Source: an uncultured Gemmatimonadota bacterium
GTDB lineage: Bacteria; GCA-2686955
DNA length: 64,000 nt
Direction: 5' to 3'
NCBI GenBank assembly: GCA_964490075.1
Contig: CAZBBK010000022.1
Span: forward strand, 6,168-70,167
The notes beneath the pieces are model-generated. The model saw only the letters and a list, made by a program, of their open reading frames with translations. It searched no databases and was not told where the DNA came from. Shown piece after piece: positions 30,013 through 41,745 of the stretch. The translations under genes were made by a program, and so were the position numbers. The first letter of the stretch is position 1, and each line of letters begins with the position of its first letter.

Positions 30013-32217
30013 TCAGCCCTCCACCGCGCCGGGCAGCATGAGCCGGAAGGTCGTTCCGCGCCCCGGCTTCGACTCCGCCCAGATGCGCCCCCCGTGCAGC
30101 TCGACGATGCGGGCGCAGATCGCCAGTCCGATCCCGGTCCCCGGATACTCGTCGACCGGGTGCAGGCGGCGGAAGGGCCGGAAGATCTCGCGCGCGTCGG
30201 CCGGATCCATGCCGATGCCCTTGTCGCGCACCCAGATCTGCCAGAGCTCGCCCTCCCGGCGCGCCCCGATGCGGATCTCGGGCGGCGCGTCGCCGCGGAA
30301 CTTGAGCGCGTTGCCGAGCAGGTTGCGGAACACGCGCGCGAGCTGCACGCCGTCGCCCCGCACCGCCGGCATGGGACCGATGCGCAGCGTCGCCTCGCTC
30401 GCCTCGAGCGCCTCGTGCATCGACTCACCCAGCTCCCGCAGCAGCACGCCGCAATCGACCGGCTCGGCGGGGCGCTGCTCGCTCTGCAAGCGCGAGAGCT
30501 CCAGCATCTTGGTGACCATCTCGCGTATGCGGGCGATTTCGCTCTCGATGAAGCCGAGCCACTCGGCGGCGGTCGGCTCCAGCGACCCGGCCGCGCGCTG
30601 GTGCAGCAGCCCGGCGAAGCGCGAGACGATCGCCAGCGGCTCCATCAGGTCGTGGGCGGCGTCGAAGGCGAACTGCTCCAGCTCGACGTTGGAGCGCGCC
30701 AGCTCGGCGGTGTGGCTGAGCGCCACCTCCTCGGCTTTCTTGCGCGCGGTGATCTCCTCCGCCAGCATGACCGCGCGATCCCAGGCCGGGGGCTCGCCGG
30801 GGGCGCCGACGGTGAGGGCGATGTCGAGTCGGGCACCGCTCGGCATCCGGCCCTGGGTGTCGACCCGCAGCGTTCCCCGGCCCTCGTAGATCGCCAGGCA
30901 GATCGCCCGCATGGCATCCATCCCCTCGCGCGGGATGGCGTTGGGCCAGGTGATGAGCAGGTCGGTTCTGGAGCGCTCGCGGTAGAGCCGCACCGCGGCG
31001 TCGTTGACGTCGCGGATCCGCACCTTGGTGTAGAGCCGCGCCAGCTCCAGGGGATGTTCGAGGAGGTGGCGATCGAGCGCCTGGGAGGTCGCGCAGTCGA
31101 GCTTGTTCAGAGAGGTCTGGACCGCCGAGAGGTCGACGTTCCAGATCGCCACCGGGGCCGACTCGAAGAGGTGGCGGTAGTGGGCCTCGCTCCGCTCGAG
31201 CATGCGCCGCGCCTCATCGCGCTGGTAGCGCAGCACCCGATCGGCGCGCAGATCGCGCACCTCGCCGACGATTCCGAGCACCTCGCCATCGGAATCCTCG
31301 ATGCGGCTCAAGTTGAGCGCCACCGGGATCTGGTCGCCGTTGCGGCAGATCATCCGCGTCTCGACCCCACGCACCGGCTCGCCGCTCAGCGCCCGCTCCA
31401 TCAGAATCTCGGCCTCGGGGCGCAATCCAGGGGGCACCAGGAGATCGAAGAGCGGACGCCCCAGCGCCTCCGACACTGAATAGCCGAAGAGCTTCTCCGC
31501 CTCGGGGTTCCAGAGCTGGATCCGGCCTCCGGGGCTGTAGGCGATCATGGCGTTGGGCGAGCAGCGCAATACGGCTTCGAGATTGGCGCTCAGCTCGCCG
31601 CGCCGGCGCCGGAAGAGCAGGTCGTGGGCGGCCATGAAGACCCGTGAATGATCGGGCGGGTCGCCGCCGGCCGCCACCGTGACGTCGAGCAGGACCGGCG
31701 TGCCGTCGAGCGCCACCAGGGGCGCCTCGACCCGCACCCGGCCGGCGCCGCCGAAGAAGCTCACCAGCACCTCGGCCAGCGGCGGCACGGTGCCCTCGAC
31801 CAGCATGCTCGCCTGGTTGCGCTTGGCCTCCTCGGCGTCGCGCGCCTTCAGCAGGCGCAAGGTCTCGCGAGTGGCGTAGCGCACCTCGATCGCCGCCCCG
31901 AGCTCCAGCACCAGCTCCGGGCGCTCCCGCAGGTGGTCCCAGAGCGCCCCCTCGCTCTCCAGTCCGAGCGCGGCGATGCGCGCCAGGGGTACGCTGAAGT
32001 CGAGCTCGGCCAGCACCGCCGGGGCCAGGTCCCAGAGCGGCGCGCCGCGGCCGAATCCGCGCGCCTCGGCCATCCTCGGGGGGGAGGAGGGGGCCGAGAG
32101 GGCGTCGTCCCCCACCGGCCGGGGGCCCTTCTTCGGGCGCCGCGAGGGTTTCTTGCGCCGCCCCTTCGGCTGCTCGCGCTCGGTCCCCGTCTTGGTGCTC
32201 TGACCTTTTCCGCCCAC
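30013..32217 (-). CDS. Multi-PAS sensor histidine kinase (HisKA)
   Basis: PAS repeats, LEQFAFDAAHDLMEP, NLLGNALKF, DKGIG, GTGIGLAIC, GRGTTF; GTG start with GGAGG RBS. Confidence 0.92.
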   Translation of the reverse strand: MGGKGQSTKTGTEREQPKGRRKKPSRRPKKGPRPVGDDALSAPSSPPRMAEARGFGRGAPLWDLAPAVLAELDFSVPLARIAALGLESEGALWDHLRERPELVLELGAAIEVRYATRETLRLLKARDAEEAKRNQASMLVEGTVPPLAEVLVSFFGGAGRVRVEAPLVALDGTPVLLDVTVAAGGDPPDHSRVFMAAHDLLFRRRRGELSANLEAVLRCSPNAMIAYSPGGRIQLWNPEAEKLFGYSVSEALGRPLFDLLVPPGLRPEAEILMERALSGEPVRGVETRMICRNGDQIPVALNLSRIEDSDGEVLGIVGEVRDLRADRVLRYQRDEARRMLERSEAHYRHLFESAPVAIWNVDLSAVQTSLNKLDCATSQALDRHLLEHPLELARLYTKVRIRDVNDAAVRLYRERSRTDLLITWPNAIPREGMDAMRAICLAIYEGRGTLRVDTQGRMPSGARLDIALTVGAPGEPPAWDRAVMLAEEITARKKAEEVALSHTAELARSNVELEQFAFDAAHDLMEPLAIVSRFAGLLHQRAAGSLEPTAAEWLGFIESEIARIREMVTKMLELSRLQSEQRPAEPVDCGVLLRELGESMHEALEASEATLRIGPMPAVRGDGVQLARVFRNLLGNALKFRGDAPPEIRIGARREGELWQIWVRDKGIGMDPADAREIFRPFRRLHPVDEYPGTGIGLAICARIVELHGGRIWAESKPGRGTTFRLMLPGAVEG

Positions 32218-32427
32218 GTCGCTCCTCCCACGCTGTCGCGACCGTGCTCCCGACTCCTGTCTCGGCGTTCTGCTTCTTTGGGCCGGTTCCTGCTGACCGA
32301 GCGGCAGGCTATCGGAGGCTCTCGGGAGCCGTCAATCAAATCTCGGCAACAGGCCCTCCACATCGATGCGCCCGTGCCGCTCGACGGGCCCACGCCGGGG
32401 TCGGAGGCGGTGCCCTCCCGGCGCCGC

Positions 32428-34055
<1,628 letters not shown>

Positions 34056-34192
34056 CGGGGGGGCTCCGGGGGGCGAGCGGTCGGTCGCCAGAGATGGCGA
34101 CAGTTCCTGCGCTCTCGCTGGTGACACCTACGATTGGATAGTAGTGGACCCTCGACCGGCCGGTAATCAGGAGTTGTCCGGACAAGAGTCTC

Positions 34193-36022
34193 TCAGGGGT
34201 CGATCTCGATGATCTTCCGGATCCTCATTCCGGGTCGGCTGCGCGGCGGAGCCACGCGCCGGAAGTGAATCGGGTTGGAGGCGAGCACCAGCTCGCCGGA
34301 AATGGCGTCGCGCGCTTCGAGGCGCAGGTGGCAGGTGTCCGACACGCTGAGGGTCGCCTGGCCATCGATCAGAGCGCCCGGGTGGCCGAGGCGAAGTGTG
34401 TCGACCCGCGCGGGGTGCACGGTCAAAAGGTCCAGATCGATCGAGGGTAAATCTGTTGCGCCCCGATAGACGATGTCGACTTCGTTCAGGTCGCTGACGA
34501 CGACGTCGCCCATGGCGAAGCGCCCCGAGGCATCGGCGCAGATCAAAAAAGCGTCGCCGCCGACCAGGTAGGGATCACCGAGGCAGATCCGACCCCGCGC
34601 CAGGGCGAGCAGGATCTCCTGCTGGGCGAGCAGCTCGGTGCGCACGAAGCTCACCCAGCGGTTGGGAGTGAAAATCCAGGGAACGGCGTTGTGGGAATCG
34701 CTCACCCCCAGGCCGGTCTGGAAAGAGTCGCGGCGCAGCAGGTCGTCCCAGACCGCGAAGTGTTCCTCGATTCCGCGGCCGCGCAAGGGGTAGCCGACCT
34801 CCAGGAAGTCGGCACCATAGGCGAGCTCGTCGAGGGTCTGCTGGCGCAGTCGATCGCGGCTCAGCTCGTCGATCCAGCCGGTGGATGGACCGAAAATATG
34901 ATTGTGGCTGACGGCGTAGCCCAGGGATTGGGCCCAGCGCACCGCGCAGCGCGGAAAGTCGAGCGGATCGTAGCGGGGATCGCTCCAGTCCGGCATGGCG
35001 GGCGGGCCGCTCGGGGCGTAGATGTTGATGTGGTGAGGTTTGGCTCCGTCGTGCCCGCGGCTGAGCTCGAGTCCGACGAAGTGGACCGGGGCCGGCTCCG
35101 GGAGTGAGTCGAGGAATTGCGCCTGGCGCGCCAGAAGCGCGCCGCTTTCCGGTCCACCGATGCGCAAATGGAAGTCGTCGACCAGCATTGCCGCGTCGTC
35201 CACCGGGCCGAAGGCCAGCCACCCCAGGCTGATCTCGTGCAGGTGCAGATCTTCGCCGTAGGGGACCAGCGAGCGCCCCACCTGACCGATCGGCAGGGTG
35301 ATCGAGGTCCAGGAGCCGAGCGGCGGCGACTCCATCGGGCGGTAGAAGTGCAGTCCGTCGTCGGCCGGCAGGCTGTCTCTCCCGGCGACGAAGGTGAGCA
35401 GATGGGGCACCATCCCCTCGCCCGAGTAAGAGAGCAGGCAGCGCACGGCGAAGTGGTGATCAGCGGGGGCCGGCGCGCCCGGGCGCAGCGCGAGATCGAG
35501 CTCGATCTCCTGGAAGAAGGAGCGCATCTCCAAGCGGGCGGTGCCGGTGTGAAAGCGGTAACCGTCGAAGAGCGGGTAGACGCTGCTGTCGGAGGGCGCC
35601 GAACGCTCGGCGCTCAGGGCCAGGGAGCGGCTGCCCTGAGCCGCGGCGCTGTCGATCAGGGTCGCGCGGACGAAGTCCCCCCCGGGGTCGTCGAAGAAGC
35701 CGCGCTCCGGCAAGGGGGGCTCGGTCAGGATCAGAGTCCCCGCTTCGAAGTCGAAGGCCAGCGCGAAGGCGTACTCCGGCGGGATGGAGTACATCCCCTC
35801 GTGGTCGGTCCACCACAGCGCCTCGACCCCCAGCTCGCGGTTGCGCGCGGCCTGGTCGACCATGCGCCCGACCCCCTCGCTGAGCGAGCCGTGCAGGTGC
35901 AGCTGCACGGGGTGGAAGCCGCCGCCACCGAGCGCGCTCCCGGAAGCCAGGAGCGCCGCCGCCACGAGCGCGATCCGACAGCGATTCGTCCCGAATCTCG
36001 CCGCTATGCGCATGATCTCCAC
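34193..36022 (-). CDS. Secreted PHP-like (CehA/McbA-type) metallohydrolase with a large insertion
   Basis: Signal peptide; QLHLHG, WWTDHE, HHIN, SHNH and GVSDSH metal-ligand motifs. Confidence 0.65.
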   Translation of the reverse strand: MEIMRIAARFGTNRCRIALVAAALLASGSALGGGGFHPVQLHLHGSLSEGVGRMVDQAARNRELGVEALWWTDHEGMYSIPPEYAFALAFDFEAGTLILTEPPLPERGFFDDPGGDFVRATLIDSAAAQGSRSLALSAERSAPSDSSVYPLFDGYRFHTGTARLEMRSFFQEIELDLALRPGAPAPADHHFAVRCLLSYSGEGMVPHLLTFVAGRDSLPADDGLHFYRPMESPPLGSWTSITLPIGQVGRSLVPYGEDLHLHEISLGWLAFGPVDDAAMLVDDFHLRIGGPESGALLARQAQFLDSLPEPAPVHFVGLELSRGHDGAKPHHINIYAPSGPPAMPDWSDPRYDPLDFPRCAVRWAQSLGYAVSHNHIFGPSTGWIDELSRDRLRQQTLDELAYGADFLEVGYPLRGRGIEEHFAVWDDLLRRDSFQTGLGVSDSHNAVPWIFTPNRWVSFVRTELLAQQEILLALARGRICLGDPYLVGGDAFLICADASGRFAMGDVVVSDLNEVDIVYRGATDLPSIDLDLLTVHPARVDTLRLGHPGALIDGQATLSVSDTCHLRLEARDAISGELVLASNPIHFRRVAPPRSRPGMRIRKIIEIDP

Positions 36023-36117
36023 TAGTCACGCCAAGCGTGTCCGACTCCTTCCCCCCCGATCGGAATCGGCCGCTTCGCGCTTCTCGTTCAGTGATTTGCT
36101 CTACTTTGTCAGCTTGG

Positions 36118-36229
36118 TGTTGGAACGAACTGGATTCCGGCTTTCGCCGGAATGACGGAAGAGCGCTATGCCCGCGTCATTCCCGCCCACTCCTCGTTAC
36201 TCCGTCATTCCGGCGAAAGCCGGAATCCA
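36118..36229. repeat. Second REP-like inverted doublet
   Basis: 36118-36158 is the reverse complement of 20167-20207 with one mismatch; 36202-36229 is the partner copy. Confidence 0.85.
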
Positions 36230-36296
36230 CGCATGCACGAAGGCCCGTTCCGCGAGCACCCACTCTCTTCCAGCAAAACAGCATTCGTTGGTGATC

Positions 36297-37433
36297 CTAG
36301 TCCCAGACAAAAACCTCCACCCGCCGATAGTCCGCCAGCTCGATGCCCTTGCCCACCGGACCGATCGGTCCCAGACCCATGGTGCGCAGGCGGGTCGCGT
36401 CGATGCCCTGGCCGGTCAGGTAGGCGGCGACGCTCTGGGCGCGGTCGCGGCTCAGGTTGATGTTGTACATCTGGCCGGCGCGCGCGTCGGCGTAGCCGGT
36501 GACCAGGGCGTGGCTGCCCTGGTGCTGGCCCATCAGGGTGGCCAGCTCGTCCAGGGTGGCGTTGTCGCTCTCGTCGAGCTCCGCACGCGAGGTCTCGAAA
36601 TAGACCACCTGCTGGTGGCTGAGCCCGCCCCGCTCGCGGCTGGCCCCCGCCAGCGCCGTGCGCAGCTCGTCGAGCTCCTTCTTGGTCTCCCAGGCGATCT
36701 TGGCGTTGGCCTCGGCGATCCGGGTGTCGACCTGGTCCAGCAGCGCCGCCTCGTCGATGCTGCCTTCCATCAGGGCGGTGTAGATCGAGGGGACCGAGCT
36801 GCCGAAGACGTAGCTCAGGCCGACCCGAGCGCCGGCCACACCGTCGCCGAAGCCGCCGGCCTCGATGCCGTCGATGCGGTCGTTGGAAGCCAGCGTGTAG
36901 CCGCTCTGCAGGGTCAGGGCCCAGTGGTCGTCCAGGAAGAAGTCGGTGCCCAGGCCGGCGCGGAAGGAGCCGTAGCCGTCACCGGAGTCGAGGCCGGCGA
37001 AGAGGGTGCCGGTCTCGTCGAGCGAGGAGACCGAGTAGAGGCCGCCGCCGAAGTAGATGAAGGGGCTGATCCGCGAGTCGGGGGCCAGGTTGACCAGGGC
37101 GTCGAGCTCGGCGCCGAAGGTATTTCGACTGAAGTCGGCGGGGTCCTGGGTGGACCGGAAGATGGCGAAATCCTGCTCTCCGGTGGTGTGCTGGAAGCCC
37201 AGGTTCAGCGCCAGGCCCAGGTTGGACGTGAGGCCGTAACGCCCTTGCAGGCCGAGATATAGCTCGTCGCCGCCGAATCCACCGTAGTCGAGGTTGTTCT
37301 GCAGGTCTCCGTGCACCACGCCGCTGCCGAGCTGCAGACCCAGCGCGAAACGGTCGGCCTGGTTGCCGGCCAGGGCGGGGGGCGCCCAGGCGATGCCGAG
37401 GCACAGCGCCCCGAGTGCGATGGCAATTCGCAT
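36297..37433 (-). CDS. OmpA-family outer-membrane protein (beta-barrel plus peptidoglycan-binding domain)
   Basis: Signal peptide; barrel ending RVGLSYVFG; VYFETSRAEL, GYAD...YNINLSRDRA.SV, RRVE. Confidence 0.9.
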   Translation of the reverse strand: MRIAIALGALCLGIAWAPPALAGNQADRFALGLQLGSGVVHGDLQNNLDYGGFGGDELYLGLQGRYGLTSNLGLALNLGFQHTTGEQDFAIFRSTQDPADFSRNTFGAELDALVNLAPDSRISPFIYFGGGLYSVSSLDETGTLFAGLDSGDGYGSFRAGLGTDFFLDDHWALTLQSGYTLASNDRIDGIEAGGFGDGVAGARVGLSYVFGSSVPSIYTALMEGSIDEAALLDQVDTRIAEANAKIAWETKKELDELRTALAGASRERGGLSHQQVVYFETSRAELDESDNATLDELATLMGQHQGSHALVTGYADARAGQMYNINLSRDRAQSVAAYLTGQGIDATRLRTMGLGPIGPVGKGIELADYRRVEVFVWD

Positions 37434-37564
37434 GTGGTCTCTCCTGACTATGTTTGATGACCCCCGATGCCTGTGGCTACTTTCTATTTTAGTCTGAGGT
37501 CACGGGGTTTGGCGTTTCATGTGCCGGATCTGCCGTCCGGCGCCTGGCGCGGGAGGGTCGATCG

Positions 37565-40500
37565 GTGGCCGCGCCGAGCCGAAATCGAGTGCTGGCCGGA
37601 CTGCTGGAGCTGGACCGGGAGGGCGGCGGCGAGGCGTTGCGGCCAGGTGTGGAGCGCGAGCTCGAGTGCCAGGGAGCGGCGCTGGTGCGCGCGGTGGCGG
37701 TCGCGGAATGGCGGGCCGGCGCGCGCACCGAGCGGCTGGCGATCGAGGAGAGGAGGCGCGGGCTGCCGGGACTGGGCGCGGCGCCGGCGCGGGGCGGGGC
37801 GGAGCCGCGGCCGGCGCGACCGAGCGACTCCGAGCTCGCCCGCCGTGCCGACCAGTCGATGCTGCACTGGGAAACCCTGCAGCGCCTGGAGGACGAGATC
37901 TGCGCCGCGGCCTCTCGAGCGCGGGAAGCCGCCGGCCCGCCACCGAGCGGACCGGGCCTGGGCGAGACCTTCGAGGCGCTGCTCGCCGGGGTCGCGCCAG
38001 CCGGCGCGCTCGACCGTGGTGAGGCGGGCGTCCTGGTCGCGTTCGGCCCTCGACTGGTCGAGCGCAAGCCCGCGGGAGCGGAAAGCCTGGCGCGCACACT
38101 CGGCGCCCTCGGCGTCGCCGGCAGCGGCGTTTCGCGGCCCGCCGTGGCGCTCCTGGCCGCCCGCTGCGAGATCCTGCGCGGGCGCGCCGAGCATGCCCTC
38201 CCCACCCTGGACTCTTCGATCGAAGAGCACCCGGGGCGCCGGTGGGCCGCCCATGCGTGGCAGTTGCGGGCGCGGACCTGGCGCGACCTCCGCGGCGCAC
38301 CGCATGCCTTCCAGGCCGCGATCGAGAGCGCGGTGGCGGCCCGGGCGCTGCGCGATCGGCGCCTGGAGGCGGGGGCGATGCTCGATCTCTCCAGTCTGTA
38401 CCGCGATACCGGGCGCCCGGAGGCGGCGCGCGCGCTTTGCGGTGCGGCGCTCGAAAACGCGCGCCGGGTGGGCGCCCGGGAGCTCGAGGGGACCGCGCTC
38501 GGCAACCTGGCCAACGTGAACGCCGATACCGGATCGGTGCTGCGGGCCATGGAGCTCTTCGAGCAGGCGCGGGAGATCTTCCGGCGGCTCGGGGACCGGC
38601 GCCGCGAAGCGATCGCGACCGGCAGCCTCGGCTGTGTGCACTGGATGCTCGGCGATCGCGACCGCACCCGCGCGCTCTTCGAGGCGGCGCTCCGGATCCA
38701 GCGCCAGCAAGGCGACCTGCGGGTCGAAGGCGTCACACTCGACAACCTGGGCCAGCTGCACCGCGAGTGGGGATCCTTCGGCGAGGCACAGCACCTTTTC
38801 GACGCCGCGCTGCGCATCCACCAGCGCCTCGGCAATCGCCAGTCCGAGGGCCGAACGCTCGGCAACCTGGCCAATATGCAGCTCGATGCGGGTGCCGCCG
38901 GACGCGCGCGCGAGCTCTACGAGGCGGCGCTCGCCATCCACCGCGAGGTGGGCGACCGGCCGTGGGAAGGGCGTGCGCTCGCGAACATGGGAACCCTCCA
39001 GGTGTCGACCGGCGACGCCGATCGGGGGCGCGGACTGCTCGAGGCGGCGCTCGAGATCCACCGCGAAGTAGAGGATCGCGCCAGCGAGGGCAAGACGCTG
39101 CAGGACCTGGCCCGCTTCCACGCCGCCGCCGGCCGCCCGGCGCGCGCGCGGGAGCTCTACCGGGCCGCGCTGCGGATCCATCGCCAAGCCCGGGAGCGCT
39201 ATCCGGAGGGCAGATCGCTGGCCGGTCTCGCCCGGGTCGAGCTCGAGCTCGGCGAAACCGCCCCGGCTCTCGAGCATTGCCGCGCCGCCCATGCCATCTT
39301 CAGCGAGCTCGGCGCCCTCGGCGAGCTCCCCGTGGCGCTGCACACGCGGGCCCTGTGCCTGGTCCGAGGGAACGCCCCGAAAGCAGCCATGGAGAGCTTC
39401 CGCGCGGCGCTCCGGGCGCTGGAGCAGTGGCTGCGCGACACCGGCTCCGAGCGCCGGCGGAGCCGCGTCCTCGAAGATGCCTTCCCCTGTCTCTTCGACG
39501 CCGTCGCCCTGTTGCTGCGCGGAAGCGATCCCGGCGCCGAGGCAATCGCCGAAGCCTTCGAGCTGGCCGAGCGCTGCAAGGCCCGGTCGCTGCTCGAGAA
39601 GGTCCGCCGGCCGGCACCGCCGTCCCTCCCTTCGACGCCGATCGCACGCCGCCGCCGCGAGCTCGAGGCGCAGCTGCAGCGAGTGCGGGAGCTCCTGCTC
39701 GAGGAGCGCTCGGGCCCGCGCGCGCGGCGCCAGGTGCTGGAGCATCTCGAATCCGAGCTGGACCGCGCGCGCGCCGAGCACGGCGATCTGCTCGATCGGC
39801 TGGCGCTGCGCCGCCCGGTCTGCGCCGCCGGCGAAGGACTCACCCCGCCCTTGCCCCTGGCCGAGGTGCAGCGGCGCATCGTCGGGGATCGGAGCAGCGC
39901 ACTGCTCGAGTATCTGGTCACGCCCTCCGAGACCTTCCTGTGGGTGATCCGCGCCGACCGAGTGCGGACGGTACGGCTGGGAATGGGCGAAGCGCCGCTG
40001 GCGCGTAGCGTCGATCGGGCACTGCGTCCCTTTGCACGCTTTCGGCAGTCGCGCATCCCGGCGGCGCTCTGCGCGCTCGATCCCGCGCGGCTGCGCCACC
40101 TCGCGCGCCTGGTGCTGGGGCCGGCGCGAGCGCATCTCGAGGGCGTTCGTCGATTGCTGGTGGTCCCTTCCGGTCCGCTGCACGCGCTTCCCTTCGATCT
40201 GCTGGTGCTGCGACTCGCCGGCGAGGGCGGGTGGAAGGGCCGCGCGACCAGCGATCGCTACGCCGCTTCCGAATACCTGGCGGAGCGTTTCGAGGTGGTC
40301 TACGGCCCCTCGGCCACCCTGCTGGACCCCGGGCTGCGAGCCCGCGGCGAGCGCGACGCGCGCGCGAACCCGCCGCCGGCGAGTCCGGCGCAGGCGAGGG
40401 TGCTGGCCTTCGCCGATCCGCTCTGCCGCGCCGCCGGCGCCCCCCCGGAACCGCCCCCGGGCAGCGCCGCGGCGCCGCCCCTCCCTCCCCTGCCCGGCAC

Positions 40501-41125
40501 CCGCGAGGAGCTGCGCGGCATCGAGGAGCTCTTCCCGCGCACCCAGTCGTACTCCGGCTCGCGCGCCCGCGCGGACATCTATCGCCGCCACGCCCCCGAA
40601 GCCGACATCATTCATCTCGGCTGCCACGGCCTGATCGACGCCGATCAACCGAGTCATTCGGCGATGGCGCTGGCGCCGGGCCGGCAACCGCCCGAGGAGG
40701 GCTGTCTGCGGGCCTACCAGATCGCCGAGCTGCACCTGCCCCGCGCACCCCTGGTGGTGCTCTCGGCCTGCGGAAGCGCCGGGGACCGACTCTGCCCGGC
40801 GGAGGGTCCGCTGGGCCTGATCCGCGCTTTCGCCGAGGCCGGCGCGAGCTCGGTGGTGGCCGCCCGCTGGGCCGTCGACGATTCGGTCACGGCGCGGCTG
40901 ATGACCCTCTTCTACCGCGCCCTGGTCGCCGGCCGCGACGATCCCGCCGCGGCGCTGGCCAGCGCCAAACGCGCGATGCTGGCCGCCGCCAGGGGTTCGC
41001 CGCCGCGAGGTCGCGACAGATCGGAGACCGCCCTTCTGTTGCCGCCCGGGCACCCCTACTTCTGGGCCGGCTTCGGGATCTACGGACAGGGAATCTGGTG
41101 TCGCGGTCTGCCCAGTGGGGGATGA
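37565..41125 (+). CDS. TPR-CHAT (caspase/separase-like) protease, 1186 aa
   Basis: Nine 40-aa TPR units (e.g. EGTALGNLANV, EGRTLGNLANM); AFELAERCKARSLL; LLVVPSGPLHALPFDLL; catalytic HLGCHG and VLSACG; PYFWAGF. No signal peptide seen. Confidence 0.92.
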   Translation: MAAPSRNRVLAGLLELDREGGGEALRPGVERELECQGAALVRAVAVAEWRAGARTERLAIEERRRGLPGLGAAPARGGAEPRPARPSDSELARRADQSMLHWETLQRLEDEICAAASRAREAAGPPPSGPGLGETFEALLAGVAPAGALDRGEAGVLVAFGPRLVERKPAGAESLARTLGALGVAGSGVSRPAVALLAARCEILRGRAEHALPTLDSSIEEHPGRRWAAHAWQLRARTWRDLRGAPHAFQAAIESAVAARALRDRRLEAGAMLDLSSLYRDTGRPEAARALCGAALENARRVGARELEGTALGNLANVNADTGSVLRAMELFEQAREIFRRLGDRRREAIATGSLGCVHWMLGDRDRTRALFEAALRIQRQQGDLRVEGVTLDNLGQLHREWGSFGEAQHLFDAALRIHQRLGNRQSEGRTLGNLANMQLDAGAAGRARELYEAALAIHREVGDRPWEGRALANMGTLQVSTGDADRGRGLLEAALEIHREVEDRASEGKTLQDLARFHAAAGRPARARELYRAALRIHRQARERYPEGRSLAGLARVELELGETAPALEHCRAAHAIFSELGALGELPVALHTRALCLVRGNAPKAAMESFRAALRALEQWLRDTGSERRRSRVLEDAFPCLFDAVALLLRGSDPGAEAIAEAFELAERCKARSLLEKVRRPAPPSLPSTPIARRRRELEAQLQRVRELLLEERSGPRARRQVLEHLESELDRARAEHGDLLDRLALRRPVCAAGEGLTPPLPLAEVQRRIVGDRSSALLEYLVTPSETFLWVIRADRVRTVRLGMGEAPLARSVDRALRPFARFRQSRIPAALCALDPARLRHLARLVLGPARAHLEGVRRLLVVPSGPLHALPFDLLVLRLAGEGGWKGRATSDRYAASEYLAERFEVVYGPSATLLDPGLRARGERDARANPPPASPAQARVLAFADPLCRAAGAPPEPPPGSAAAPPLPPLPGTREELRGIEELFPRTQSYSGSRARADIYRRHAPEADIIHLGCHGLIDADQPSHSAMALAPGRQPPEEGCLRAYQIAELHLPRAPLVVLSACGSAGDRLCPAEGPLGLIRAFAEAGASSVVAARWAVDDSVTARLMTLFYRALVAGRDDPAAALASAKRAMLAAARGSPPRGRDRSETALLLPPGHPYFWAGFGIYGQGIWCRGLPSGG

Positions 41126-41199
41126 CCTGGATACACAACACGTCCGTGGTGGGTTATCGGTGGGATATGAGCAACGGTCACCCAAGGCGAGGAGCACCG

Positions 41200-41745
41200 A
41201 TGGACGACGAAACCGGCTCGCTCTTGACTCGCTACTCCTGCGAGGTGCTGCGCGGCGCCGAGCTGGAGCGCGCCGAAGAGCTGATCGTGCGGTCGCACGC
41301 GGCGCGCGAGTACGTGGAGGAGATGGACGACACGTTCGAGCTGATGGGCCGTGGGGACCTCCGCCTGCTGCGCGCCGTCGCGGGACCGAAGCAGACACTT
41401 CCGGTGCGGCTCGGCCGGCTGCTGGTCCGGGCGCGCGAGCTCCTGGCTCGCGAGCTGGGGCTGGAGCCGCGCGGCAAGGACGGACGCTGGTTCGACGCCG
41501 TGCCCGAGCTCTGGACCCTGATGCAGGCGGAGGCGGTCACGCGCGGCGATTCGTCGAGCGGCGGGCCGGTGCCCCCGCACCGCCGCTGGCTCAGCGCGAT
41601 GCACTGCCTGGAGAAGGGCGATCCGCGGCTGGCGCTGCTGCACTTCGCGGCGATTCAGAAGGCGCGCGGAGAGCTGTCGCGCGACGCCAACGCGATGCGC
41701 GGCGAGATCGAGGCCCATTTGCGCGAGGTGGCCGGCGATGAGTGA
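41200..41745 (+). CDS. Anti-sigma-like protein (degenerate zf-HC2-like N-terminus, TPR-like C-terminus)
   Basis: GSLLTRYSCEVLRGAELERAEELIVRSHAAREYVEE follows zinc-finger anti-sigma spacing but lacks the H/CxxC ligands; GAGGAG RBS; overlaps the ECF gene. Alternative start 41167. Confidence 0.5.
   Translation: MDDETGSLLTRYSCEVLRGAELERAEELIVRSHAAREYVEEMDDTFELMGRGDLRLLRAVAGPKQTLPVRLGRLLVRARELLARELGLEPRGKDGRWFDAVPELWTLMQAEAVTRGDSSSGGPVPPHRRWLSAMHCLEKGDPRLALLHFAAIQKARGELSRDANAMRGEIEAHLREVAGDE

Noticed and set aside
37511-37527. GG-N10-GC motif (CGGCACATGAAACGC, minus strand) upstream of ompA
   Set aside because: Spacing is right but the -12 element is poor (ACGC) and there is no second line of support.
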